This document shows, piece after piece, positions 1 through 10,674 of a stretch of 42,097 nucleotides of DNA. Under the pieces are notes generated by a model that was given only the letters and a program-made list of their open reading frames with translations, made no database searches and had not been told where the DNA came from. How positions within the stretch are numbered: position 1 is the first letter of the stretch; each line of letters begins with the position of its first letter. The translations under genes and the position numbers were made by a program. Source of the DNA: Octopus bimaculoides (lineage: Eukaryota); assembly GCF_001194135.2 (NCBI RefSeq), contig NC_068985.1, forward strand, positions 127,156,477 through 127,198,573, given 5' to 3'.

Positions 1-190
1 GTGACACGTAAAAGCACCCACTACACTCTCTGAGTGGTTGGCGTTAGGAAGGGCATCCAGCTGTAGAAACTCTGCCAAATCGGACTGGAGCCTGGTGTTG
101 CCATCCGGTTTCACCAGTCCTCAGTCAAATCGTCCAACCCATGCTAGCATGGAAAGCGGACGTTAAACGATGATGATGATGATGATGATG
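1..190 (+). mobile_element. 3' end of RTE-type LINE family with (GAT)n tail, cut by window start
   Basis: aaagcacccactacactc...aggaagggcatccagc...catgctagcatggaaagcggacgttaaac(gat)n; the same family is attached to an RTE-like ORF end at 9372. Confidence 0.8.
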
Positions 191-961
191 AATACTAAAA
201 AAAGAGAAAGAAGATACCATAAAAAGCAGGAAATTGGAAATTGAATGGAAAAAATATGTGGAGTTTTCTTAAATGACTCATATTTAGAAACAGTCAGACT
301 TGGGATAGGTTAAGGAAAATGGATCTTTTGAAGACTGTGGATGGCATTGTTATGATGACCTAAGAATAGGCTGTAAAGCTACATTCATTCAGAAGACTTG
401 TAAATGAGGAGATGATATCATCACCATGTCAATTATATGGTGAAATAGAAGATAGTAGCCTATTTAAAATCAGAATGTAAGAAACTAGCATAGAAACAGT
501 ACAAAGGCTAAAGATATGACAAAACTGGCACAAAAAATTGTAACATAACTGTGTAAAATACATAACACTGTAACAAAAATCTAATTTTTTTTTGTCTTTG
601 GTTACTTAGAGTTATTTCCTATTTACTTCTACCTAGAAATCACTATCTAGGAAATGACTACCATTCCCTTCAAACTTTGCTTTTATGACCTGGACATCAA
701 TGTTTTGAAACTTAAGTGCTGAGTTGTTGAAGTAGAAATATCGTTATAGCAATTATTCTACTCAATACCACAAATTTGCTCGTCAGTTACTTCATCTTAA
801 CCACTTAATCACATATTGTTAGCCACTTATTGGCTGACGATATGTGCATCTCTGATCATGAGGAGTCGTTGAGGAGCCATCATAGCCATGTGTTGAGAGG
901 GATTCTTTGGGGTTTGAATAAATGTAACAAAAGCAAAGTTTGAAGGAATAATAATTATCAT

Positions 962-1118
962 TATCAAGGCCAGCGATTTTGAGTGGATGAAATTAGTTGA
1001 TACCATTAACTCAAGTACTTGACTGATACTTATTGACTCTGAAGGGATGGAAGGTAAAGTTGATCTTGGTACACTTTCAGCTCAGGGTTAGACAAAATAC
1101 TGCAAGACAGTATTCTAC
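962..1118 (-). mobile_element. Degraded tRNA-derived SINE family A
   Basis: Reverse complement of the ctttgcctttcatcc...gataaa..agtac core seen in better copies at 23798 and 27251. Confidence 0.5.
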
Positions 1119-1339
1119 AAATCCACCATCCTAGGCCAAATACTTTTTGATGATGATGATGATGATGAAAATAATAATAATAATCCTTTCTACTACAGGC
1201 ACAAGGCCTGAAATTTTGGGGTGGGGACTAGTTTATTACATTGACCACAGCACATTGTGCCCAGAGTGGGAATTTATCATTTTTGGAAGTTTTCCCCCAG
1301 ATGTTTAAAATGTATATTTTCTGGTTCTCTAAACTCAAG

Positions 1340-2520
1340 AGATTACAAAGCAAAAAACCAAAGTAGGACCTTTGTAACCGAGAGAGACTTGAAGATCATC
1401 AGGGAAAGGCTTGGAAAAAGAGGACAGAGCAGTGTGGATCATCTGGTCATAAAACACATGGCAAATCATCCCCAGACTCAAACCACAGTGGATCAATAAA
1501 TGCTACAGCAAAGGTCTCACTCGAAGGAAACCGAGGGTTCTGTGGCCTACTGCTAATGAGAAAGGGAAATATAAGGAGTTTGAAAACAAGGTATGTCAGG
1601 CTCTTTATAAAATGACAAGATCTACAGTGGAGAAATTGAGCAAGTTAACAAGCTCAGTATCCGATACAACAAAGGAATTATTTGGAGTGAAAGATAGTAT
1701 CGGATAAGCGAAAGGAAAGTATGGATCAAGCAGGAGGATCAAGAAAATGAAATAGTTGAGGAAGAAAAAGACTAGCCTAAGAAAGCGATGGAAATGTGCC
1801 GTGGAAGACAAAAAACCTGGCTTTGTGCTGCTGTACGATAATTTAAAAAGAAAATGTTGATTTGTGCAATGACATATCTGCCGATATGAACGACGAAAGG
1901 AAAATAAAAGGATCTCGGGGACAGTTTCTGAAGGACCTGTATGGAGTTACTAAGAAGCTGTTCACTGAACTGAAGAGTGGCACTTTATCGTGCACAAAAG
2001 AAGAACTGGATGCTCTTATCAAAGAAACCTACAGTGATCCACACCGTAACCAGCCACTGCCACCTCTAAATGGGTTAAAGAATCTCTTAGAACCTGATAT
2101 CAAATTTCAAATTGGGGACATTAGGGAGAAAGAGGTCAATGATTTCGTGAGAAAAGCTAGAGCAAAGAGTGTCCCAGGAGGTGATGGTGTCTCATATAAA
2201 GTATACAAATATTGCAATCGTTTGTGAAAGAAGCTCTTTGTCCTCCTCCGACAGCTGTGACATGAAGAGACTCTAATAGAGGATTGGTGCAAGACAGAAA
2301 GCATATACGTGCCGACGGCGATATCCTTATTGAATGTGGAAAGCAAGAACAGTGACATATTTACAGAGTAATGGATATGTTGATGAATCTGTTCAAAAGG
2401 CCAGAATCTTTGGGATCCAGTTTCGAGATGAGGTTTACAGCTGGAGATTTTACAACAAATTGGCACCAATTGGTGTTTGGCATTGCTGCTGGCTGCACAA
2501 TATCTGTCATGTGCAGTTCT
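1340..2520 (+). mobile_element. Decayed HERO-clade (R2/NeSL-like, RLE-type) non-LTR retrotransposon fragment
   Basis: Hand translation across stops and frameshifts: WPTANE, FLKDLYG.TKKLF..LKSG.L.C..EE, TYSDP.R, RKARAKSVPGGDGVSYKVYKYC, ISLLNVE, YLQSNGYVDESVQK, FTTNWHQLVFGIAAGCTIS. These motifs are typical of HERO/R2-group RTs. Confidence 0.8.
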
Positions 2521-2524
2521 ATAT

Positions 2525-2668
2525 TTAAGAGATGAGGAATTATTTACATTATTTACATTCGACAGATATTTGTCCTCATCTTGTTTGTTGTTAACACAAA
2601 GTTTTGGCTGATATACCCCCCAGCCTTCTTCAGGTGTCTTGGGTTCTCATTCCTAAGGTATTTTTCGA

Positions 2669-2708
<40 letters not shown>

Positions 2709-3880
2709 TTCATTATTATTATTAATCAGGTGACTGCTCGGAATCTGGTGTTTTCTGTCTATTATTTTACCTTCATCCCACAGGGGGAGGTGGTCTCCAT
2801 TTTCCCATACATGATCAACTATATCCAATTCATCAATATCTCCTCGAGTCACAGCTTTGCGATGTTCATCTACCCTTATTTTGAGGGGGCGGCATGTTTC
2901 GCCTTTGTATAACCTACCACAGATGCATGTGATAGAGTACACGCAGTCTTTGGTCATATTCTCTTCTATTGGTGGTTTTACTCGAAGAAGATATTTGTGA
3001 AGTGTTGTATTACTCTTGAATACTGCCCTGATGTCTTATGAGCCACATATCTTTTGTATCTTTACGGAGAGGCCTTTCAAATAGGGTAGACAGATTGTGG
3101 ACAGTTTTTTGGCCTCATCCCCTCTCTTCTTCCTAATTGGAGTGGATAGTATACTTTTGAGATAGTTGTTGCTTAACAGATCGTTAACAGGTCAGCTTGT
3201 GGTATACAGATGTCCTGAATCCATACTTGGTGCGTGTTATTAATACGTCCAGGAATGCCAACTGATTGTCTGTTTCCTTTTCCATTGTGAACTGTATGGA
3301 TGGCTTTATTGAATTCACATGATCTAACAGCACTTGGACATCTTCCTGGTGGGGCCAGAGTATAAAGGTGTCATCAACATATCGCAGCCATAGTGTTGGT
3401 TTTAGTGGTGTTGATCCTAAAGCCAAATTCTCAAAGTATTCCATGTATATATTCACTATTACCGGTGGTAATGGTGAACCCATAGCTAAACCCTCCTCTT
3501 GTCGATATATATTAGTGTCCATTCTAAAGTAGGTAGTTTCTACACAGAAGGTCAACATTTCCATCAATTTTCTTATTGGTATACTAGTGCGTTCTTTTTG
3601 ATGGATGTCTGTCACTAGTTTTCCTTGAATCACCGATAGTGCTTCACCAGTTGGGACTTTGGTGAACAGACTTATCACATATAGACTCACCATCTGGTTG
3701 GATTCAATTGGGGTATCCTTGGTCAATTCTGCGAAGTGGGGGGAATTCTTCACATACGATGTTGACTTTCCTGCTAATGGACTGATTATATCCACAAGGA
3801 AGCGGCTCAGTAGATGACATGCTGAACCTCTACAGCTCACTATAGGTCTTAATGGAATACTATCCTTGTGAATCTTGTGT
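2525..3880 (-). mobile_element. Penelope-like element (RT + GIY-YIG endonuclease + 3' pLTR), 5'-truncated and decayed
   Basis: KIHK..IPLRPIVS; ORF 3184-3840 with SLFTKVP, GLAMGSPL, WLRYVDDTF, IQFTME.E...L.FLDVLI; ORF 2553-2957 with VYSITC.CG.LYKGETCRPL..RVDEH. Confidence 0.93.
2593..2638 (-). ncRNA. Minimal type I hammerhead ribozyme remnant in Penelope pLTR (G12 lost)
   Basis: GACAC CUGAAGA A GGCUG-loop-CAGCC AAAAC UUU GUGUU. Confidence 0.65.
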
Positions 3881-3882
3881 TT

Positions 3883-4017
3883 GACTGGTACTTATTTTAT
3901 TGACCCTGAAAGGATGAAAGGCAAATTCGACCTTGGTGGACTTTGAACTCAGAACATAAAGCCAGAAGAAATGCTGCTAAGCATTCTGTCCAGTATGTTA
4001 ATGATTTTGTCAACTCA
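3883..4017 (-). mobile_element. SINE family A copy (1 of 3 in tandem)
   Basis: tRNA-like head (tagcatac...ttctgagttcaaa, B-box-like) and core ctttgcctttcatcctttc on the minus strand. Confidence 0.75.
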
Positions 4018-4028
4018 ATAATAATAAT

Positions 4029-4243
4029 CTTTTCCACTATAAGGCACAAGGACTGGAATTTTGGGGGAAGGGACGAGTCAATTGCATCAACCCCAGTGTT
4101 TCACTGGTACTTAATTTATCAAACCTGAAAGGATGAAAGGCAAAGTCGACCTCAGCAGAATTTGGATGCAGAACACAAAGACAAAAGAAATGTTTCTAAG
4201 CATTTCGCCCAGCATGCTAACGATTTTGCCAGCTCACTGCCTT
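4029..4243 (-). mobile_element. SINE family A copy (2 of 3), near full length
   Basis: aaggcagtgagctggcaaaatcgttagc head through ccttgtgccttatagtggaaaag tail. Confidence 0.8.
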
Positions 4244-4270
4244 AATAATAATACTACAAATAATAATAAT

Positions 4271-4483
4271 GATTTCATATTTTGGCATGAGGATAGTAAT
4301 TTGAGGGAGGGAGTAAATCAATTGCATTGACTCCAGAACTCAACTGGTACTTATTTTATCCACCCCAAAAGCACAAAAAGCAAAGTTAACCACAGAGGAA
4401 TTTGGACTCAGAACATAAAGACCGACAAAATGCTGCTAAGCATTTGGCATGTCATGCTAACGATTCTGTCAGTTCGCTGCCTT
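4271..4483 (-). mobile_element. SINE family A copy (3 of 3)
   Basis: Same head and core as the neighbouring copies; copies are separated by (AAT)n. Confidence 0.75.
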
Positions 4484-4679
4484 AATATTAATGATAATAA
4501 TTGTAATAATATTAATGATAATAAAAGTAGCAAGCACATTTAAATTAAAAGTTAACTCACCGGGATGTATTATAGAGTTGTTTTTAAAAGAACTCATTCC
4601 GTTATATTGGTTCAGTATATTTATGAAGACTATCTGTTGATCAGCAAATAAATGTATATATAAAATATATGTATGTATG

Positions 4680-4717
<38 letters not shown>

Positions 4718-4984
4718 ATAATAGTTATCTATTTATGTGTACGTATATATATATGTGTGTGTTTGTGTCTGGACATTTGGAAAATATTTCCTTTACTGTT
4801 TTTGTTGTTCTTTAAATAAATGAGCACAAATGAAATAGTATTAAACAACGATTGCCAGACGGAGCACAGGATATAAGGAGGGGCAAGAAAATTTCAGAAG
4901 CATGAATGAGATGACAAGAGGAGAGGTGTGAGGCTAGAATCAGAGACAATAAATATGAATTGGTGTATAATGAGTTTACAGCTT

Positions 4985-5612
4985 ATTGCTATTATTATTA
5001 TTATTATTATTTGCTCTTGTGGCAAATAAATGAAATCATCATCAACATCATCATCATCATCGTCAGCAGCAGCAGTAGTAGTAGTAGTGGTTATTGTTGT
5101 TATGGTGGTGGTGGTGGTGGTAATAATTGTATTGGCAGTGGGGGTGGAGATGATGGTAGTGGTAGTGGTAATAGTTGTGGTGGCAGTAGTGGTGATGACA
5201 GTGGTGGTGGTGGTGGTGGTGGTGGTGGTGGTGGAGGAAGAGATAATAGTAGTGGTGGGCAGCAGCAGCAGCAGTAACAGTATAAATAATAAGTTTCTAG
5301 GATGCTACAATTCATCCTTTATTCTATGCTTTCTTTATTCTGTGGTTTCTGTTTCGTGGTTTTTCGGAAATGCGTGCTACAAGACAACCGGCCATGCAAC
5401 AAGCCACTGGTACTGCGGTCACTAGCTACACTGACCTCTCACCTGTTCACAAGAAAGTAACATCCACCACTACCACCACCGTCACCCTCACCAATACCAC
5501 CATCACCACCACTATCACCACCATCTTCATGGTGATGATGACAGCAACAACAACAACAGCTGCCTGATAGCCATCAGCACCACCTCCACCACCACCACCA
5601 CCTCCACCACCA
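4985..5612. repeat. Compound trinucleotide microsatellites (TAT, CAT, GTA, GGT, CAG, CAC)
   Basis: Directly visible; they explain the poly-G/V/P/T ORFs at 4960-5671. Confidence 0.95.
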
Positions 5613-5626
5613 CCGACGGTCATGCA

Positions 5627-6490
5627 GTCTTGACAATGAACAATTGAAAGCAATTGTTGAATGAAACCCATGTCAAAGTGTCAGAGAAATATCTCAAGTA
5701 CTTGGTGTCAGTATTGCAACGGTCTCATGCAATCTGCAGAAGATTGGTAAGAGGAAAATGCATGAGCTCAGTGAAAATCAAAAAGTTCGGCGTTTTGATT
5801 GATGCTCTTTCTGTGAAACACCAATGATCCTTTTCTTGGCCGAATAGTCACTTGTGACGAAAAGTGAATTCTTTATGATGACCCTTAAACAATCAGGTAA
5901 ATGGCTTGATCATGATGAATCCCCCAAACACTTCCCAAAGCCGAAGTTGCATCAGCAAAAGATTATGGTGACTGTCTGGTGGTCTGCAATTGGTGCTGTC
6001 CATTACAGCTTTCTGGAAGCCAATCAGAGCATTACAGCAGAGGTTTACTGCAATGAACTCGTTGAAATGCATGCTCTCTGCATTGGTGAATTGGCTTGGC
6101 CCAATTCTGCTCTATGATAATGCAAAGCCACATGTTGCAAGAATGATACTGCAGAAACTCACAGACATAGGATACGAGACTTTATCATATCCTCCATATT
6201 CTCCTGATCTTTCACTCACTGACTACCATTTTTTTTAAGCATTTAAACACGTTTTTAAGCGATAAAATCTTCAGGTCCAAACCAGAGGTGGAATCAGCTT
6301 TCAAAGATTTCTTAGCATCAACGCCAATAAGTTTTTATCAATGAGGCATAAATATTCTTGTTGATCGATGGCAGAGATGCATAGATATTCATGGCTCATA
6401 CTTTGACTAATCAAAATATTTCTATTGTTAATTTTTCCAGAATAAAATTATGTTTCTGAAATCAGCCATTATTTTCGGAACAAGCTAATA
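5627..6490 (+). mobile_element. Decayed mariner (D,D34D) transposon, 5'-truncated
   Basis: IVTCDEK*ILYD, PKPKLHQQKIMVTVWWS, LLYDNAKPHVA, YPPYSPDL..TDYHFF, RWQRCI...GSYFD*; right TIR ends ...ggaacaagctaaTA. Confidence 0.92.
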
Positions 6491-6698
6491 ATACAAAACA
6501 GAATAGAAAACATTTATGACTTAGGTCATTTGCATAATTTAAAGAAAAATTAACTAAGAGAAATAACTCAAAGTGGTTAGTAGCATGAATGGGTTTGTAA
6601 AATATCATGCAAAATAAATTCTTGAATTATTAAAATTAGAGTCATCAAGAGATCAGACTAGAAACATAGCCACGTGACCACATTTTTTTTTTTTTTTT

Positions 6699-7190
6699 NN
6701 NNNNNNNNNNNNNNNNNNNNNNNNNNNNNNNNNNNNNNNNNNNNNNNNNNNNNNNNNNNNNNNNNNNNNNNNNNNNNNNNNNNNNNNNNNNNNNNNNNNN
6801 NNNNNNNNNNNNNNNNNNNNNNNNNNNNNNNNNNNNNNNNNNNNNNNNNNNNNNNNNNNNNNNNNNNNNNNNNNNNNNNNNNNNNNNNNNNNNNNNNNNN
6901 NNNNNNNNNNNNNNNNNNNNNNNNNNNNNNNNNNNNNNNNNNNNNNNNNNNNNNNNNNNNNNNNNNNNNNNNNNNNNNNNNNNNNNNNNNNNNNNNNNNN
7001 NNNNNNNNNNNNNNNNNNNNNNNNNNNNNNNNNNNNNNNNNNNNNNNNNNNNNNNNNNNNNNNNNNNNNNNNNNNNNNNNNNNNNNNNNNNNNNNNNNNN
7101 NNNNNNNNNNNNNNNNNNNNNNNNNNNNNNNNNNNNNNNNNNNNNNNNNNNNNNNNNNNNNNNNNNNNNNNNNNNNNNNNNNNNNNNNNN
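6699..7190. other. Assembly gap (492 N)
   Basis: N run, preceded by poly-T and followed by telomeric repeats. Confidence 1.
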
Positions 7191-7253
7191 NAACCCTAAC
7201 CCTAACCCTAACTCTAACCCTAACCCTAACCTTAGGGTTAGGGTTAGGGTTAA
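7191..7253. repeat. Telomere-type foldback (CCCTAA)~6-cc-(TTAGGG)~3.5
   Basis: taaccctaaccctaaccctaactctaaccctaaccctaa-cc-ttagggttagggttagggttaa. Confidence 0.95.
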
Positions 7254-7934
7254 AGCAAATTTAAACTGAAAAAAGCAAATAAAACGAAGGTATGGAGATT
7301 AAATACGCTTTACATCACTTAATGAGCCAAAGGAGTAAATATAAACAACTGAATACTTGTCAGTGATTGGTTGAAATTATCGAAATAAGACAATTTTTTA
7401 CATGAAATAAATTCGAATACAAAAATATTTTTCTGTTCTATAACACAAAATAGATAAGTATACGAAGTTTGAAAGTCTTTCCGTACCAAAAACACTATGT
7501 AAAACATTAATGAAAAATGTGGCCCCTGTTTTAAAAAAGATCCCAAGGCTTTACTTGACTGGCACTTATTTCATTCTTTCTACTCTGGAAGGGCGAAAGG
7601 ACACAATCAGCCTTAGTGAGATCTTAAGCCAGAACATAAAGCAAAATAAAGTATTATTTAAGTACATAATTTAATGTAATACTCATATAAAAAACTAAAG
7701 CAAAAAATTCCTAGATGTGGATAGAGTAATAAGAAGAAGAGAACAGATAGGGGAAGAGGGGGGAATGAGAGGTATGGAGGAGGCAGGTAGAGGAAGAGGG
7801 AGGCAGAAGAAGAGAATCTCACAGAATCTCTGAAAGAGGCTATGGACACAGCTCTTCTTCCTGACTAGACAGTAAGAAAAAAATAAAAAAGATAGAATAA
7901 AATAAAAGCCCTAAGAAACCATTACTATTGTTCC

Positions 7935-8090
7935 AAGCATGACGGAATGGTAGAAAGATTAGAACATTAGGTCAGAATGTCTTGTGGAATTTTGTTATAT
8001 GTCTTTATATTCTGAGTTCAAATTCAGCCATAGATGAATTTGCTTTCCACCCTTCAAGAGATTAATAGAATAAGTAATTAGTCAAACACC
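7935..8090 (+). mobile_element. Old SINE family A remnant
   Basis: ttctgagttcaaattcagcc...tttgctttccacccttc...aataagta. Confidence 0.55.
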
Positions 8091-8239
8091 AGATTCCATT
8101 AAATCAGTCATTCAAAATTTCTATAAGAAAACTTTATTATTATCATTCTAATGTTATATTGTACTATAGAATATGGTTCTATAGATTTCTAGCCAGTATT
8201 GTACATCTATATACATGTAAACCCCTTGTATGTATATAC

Positions 8240-9370
8240 CAAGTTGTATCAAAAGTTTTTTTTGTATTTCAAGCTTTAATCAATAGTCCAAACAAATTAC
8301 ATACATTAAGCATTCATTCATCAAAATATATATCCCATCATATTCTATTGTCTGTTGGCACCATTGTGCCAGAAGCTGAATTGCGTGCTTACACCATTTT
8401 GGCTGGTTTAGCGGCAAAGGACACTCTGCACCTTTTTCAACCTCATCCATTTTGTTGAACTTCCATCTACGCACGTAATGATCCACTGTTTAGAAAAAGG
8501 GGTAGTTTGATGGTACAAGTTCTGGACTGTAGGCAGGGTGAGGCAGCACTTCCACCCCCACAAGCTTGCACTTGGTCACATTGGCAGGGTGTAGGAGTGT
8601 GTGTCTTCAACTGATTAATGCTGGGTGGTAGCTTTTCAGAGTATCATACACTTGCTGCAATTGTTGAGTGTAAAGGTTAGCATTCACAGTATGACACTGC
8701 CATCTGGAATAAGCTCAAAGTGCAACATCCCCTTGAAATTCCATCAAACATACAACATGACCCTCTGTTCAAAAAGCCCTTATTTAATAATAGGTTCTGA
8801 AGCCTGGCTGGAATGAAGCCACTGATCTCTCTCAGTAGGATTACAAAAACAGATCCATTTTTCATTCCCAGTTACAATTCAGTGCTAAAGACAGGTATTT
8901 CAAGGTTTGCTAGCAGTTGTTTAAAAATGTTCAGATGTTGTTGAGCCTGGTCATTGGTCAGTTCATGATGAGCTTCTCGATAGCATCTTTTCCCAAGGCC
9001 AAACTTATGGAGGTGGTGATGATGGTGCTTTGTGAAGGACCAACTTCTGCCAACAATGTACAAGTGCTTGTGCTTGGCTGTTGTTCAACCATTTCCATCA
9101 AGGCCTCATCTTCCACAACAGGTCTCCCTGACCTTGGTTTCTCTTTGAGGTTGGTGTAATCTCCCTTGCAATGTTTGAACCAGTTTTGTGTCTCATGTGC
9201 ATTAACAGTTCCTGAGCCTTCCACATCATTAATTTCTTCTTTTGCTGTTCTTGCACTCAATCTTTTTTCCCACAGATAGTATAAAATGGCCCTAATTGAC
9301 CTAGTTGCAATTCTTTTCACTACTCATTAGCAATGCTGTAAGATAAAGGATAAACAATTATTATTTATTC
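8240..9370 (-). mobile_element. Decayed mariner transposon (second family)
   Basis: ORF 8958-9320 with HTH region (IRAILYY, NWF, KPRSGRP), then HELT..Q, IVTGNEKWI (about 8852-8878) and further frameshifted catalytic-domain remnants. Confidence 0.85.
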
Positions 9371-9371
9371 T

Positions 9372-9946
9372 GACCGAGATCTTTGGAAATATGCTGTCTG
9401 TGAGAAGACCCGGCAAGCCAAGTGAGACCTAAATCCAAGGCCTCTGCCAGAATGCGTACCTTCCTACGTTGGACACTAAACTCCACTTGCGAAGACCTGT
9501 TGAGGCAAGTGAAATCGAACTAATTTCGACGGATGGCACACATGCCAACGTCGTCTCCTTCATTGGAAACAGAAACTCGGCTTGCGAAGACCTTTTGAGG
9601 CAAGCGAAATCGTGATGACACTTGTGCCAGTGGCACGTGTAAGGACATTTGAGCGAGATCATTGCCAGTGCGACTGGACTGGCTCCCATGCAGGTGGCAC
9701 ATAAAAGACACCATTTTGAGCGTGGCCGTTGCCAGTACCACCTGACTGGCCTTCGTGCCGGTGGCACGTAAAAGCACCCACTACACTCTCTGAGTGGTTG
9801 GTGTTAGGAAGGGCATCCAGCTGTAGAAACTCTGCCAAATCAGATTGGAGCCTTGTGTAACCACCTGGTTCACCAGTCCTCAGTCAAATCGTCCAACCCA
9901 TGCTAGCATGGAAAGCGGATGTTAAACGACGATGATGATGATGATG
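9372..9946 (+). mobile_element. RTE-type LINE 3' fragment: ORF end DRDLWKYAVCEKTRQAK* plus modular 3'UTR and (GAT)n tail
   Basis: DR.LW+..V terminal motif typical of RTE ORFs; the UTR carries repeated hairpin modules. Confidence 0.8.
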
Positions 9947-10290
9947 TTACATATGAAAATAAAGAATAAACAATTCAACAATAACCAGACAAGTTGTATG
10001 AAATTAATAATATAACATGGAGATACAAATTGCGGAAAAAAAAAAAATTCGTCAGTGAAAATCCCAAATAAATTTTTGACTCAATCTGATACAATATCTT
10101 CGTGAACAGAAAAAGAGTGACTAGCCAGGCAAGTTTAGATATATATACTGAAATTTCAGCAGTGACTCAGTAACCTACTTTTAACTGTTTTTAAAGATAT
10201 TGCTTATAAACCAACTATTACTCAGGGCTGTAAGTAAATTAGATAGACCAGATTAAATGTGTCACACATATGTCACACTGTAACACATGC

Positions 10291-10330
<40 letters not shown>

Positions 10331-10334
10331 CACA

Positions 10335-10560
10335 AATAATATATAGTTATATGCATATATCCATACATATATGTACATACCGACATCTATATGTATACAT
10401 ACATGCATATATGGGTACAGGGCATCACAAAAAACGCTAAACACAATGAGAAATGAAAATATAAAGACGAAGACAGAAAACAAACTTTTTTCGAACAACG
10501 AAAAAAACAAACAAAGAAACGAGACATGCAGCATAAAGAATAAGAATATATATATATGCA
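10335..10560. mobile_element. Fragment of a dispersed repeat family also seen at about 41060-41220
   Basis: Shared tacatctay.agtat...gcatat.tgggtacag...caaaaaacg segment; family unnamed. Confidence 0.5.
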
Positions 10561-10630
10561 TGTGTTTTATATATACATACATACATAACATGCACTCACG
10601 TGTGTGTGTGTGTGTGTATCTGTGTGTATA

Positions 10631-10671
<41 letters not shown>

Positions 10672-10674
<3 letters not shown>

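Noticed and set aside
95-130. Minus-strand CUGAGGA-CUGGU-GAAAC in the RTE tail as a hammerhead
   Set aside because: No stem II pairing, no stem I, and G at position 17.
4561-4633. Minus-strand exon candidate with strong donor CCG|GTGAGT
   Set aside because: Stops in all frames and a modest acceptor; it could belong to a lncRNA but is unsupported alone.
4960-5671. Gly-, Val-, Pro- and Thr-rich ORFs
   Set aside because: They are translations of trinucleotide microsatellites.
6674-7264. 196-aa ORF
   Set aside because: Spans the N gap and telomeric repeats.
9575-9612. HDV-like ribozyme in the RTE X module (GG-CUUGC..GCAAG-CGAA)
   Set aside because: A P4-like stem and CGAA are present, but I could not build P1, P2 or a proper P3/L3, and the sister module has UGAA.
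9429-9777. Recurrent MPPARRPVRWYWQ-type ORFs (also at 20677, 27461, 39943)
   Set aside because: Antisense translations of the RTE 3'UTR modules, not a gene family.
9640-9780. CRISPR-like repeat-spacer pattern of palindromic modules
   Set aside because: Eukaryotic LINE UTR; the spacers are homologous to each other and there are no cas genes.
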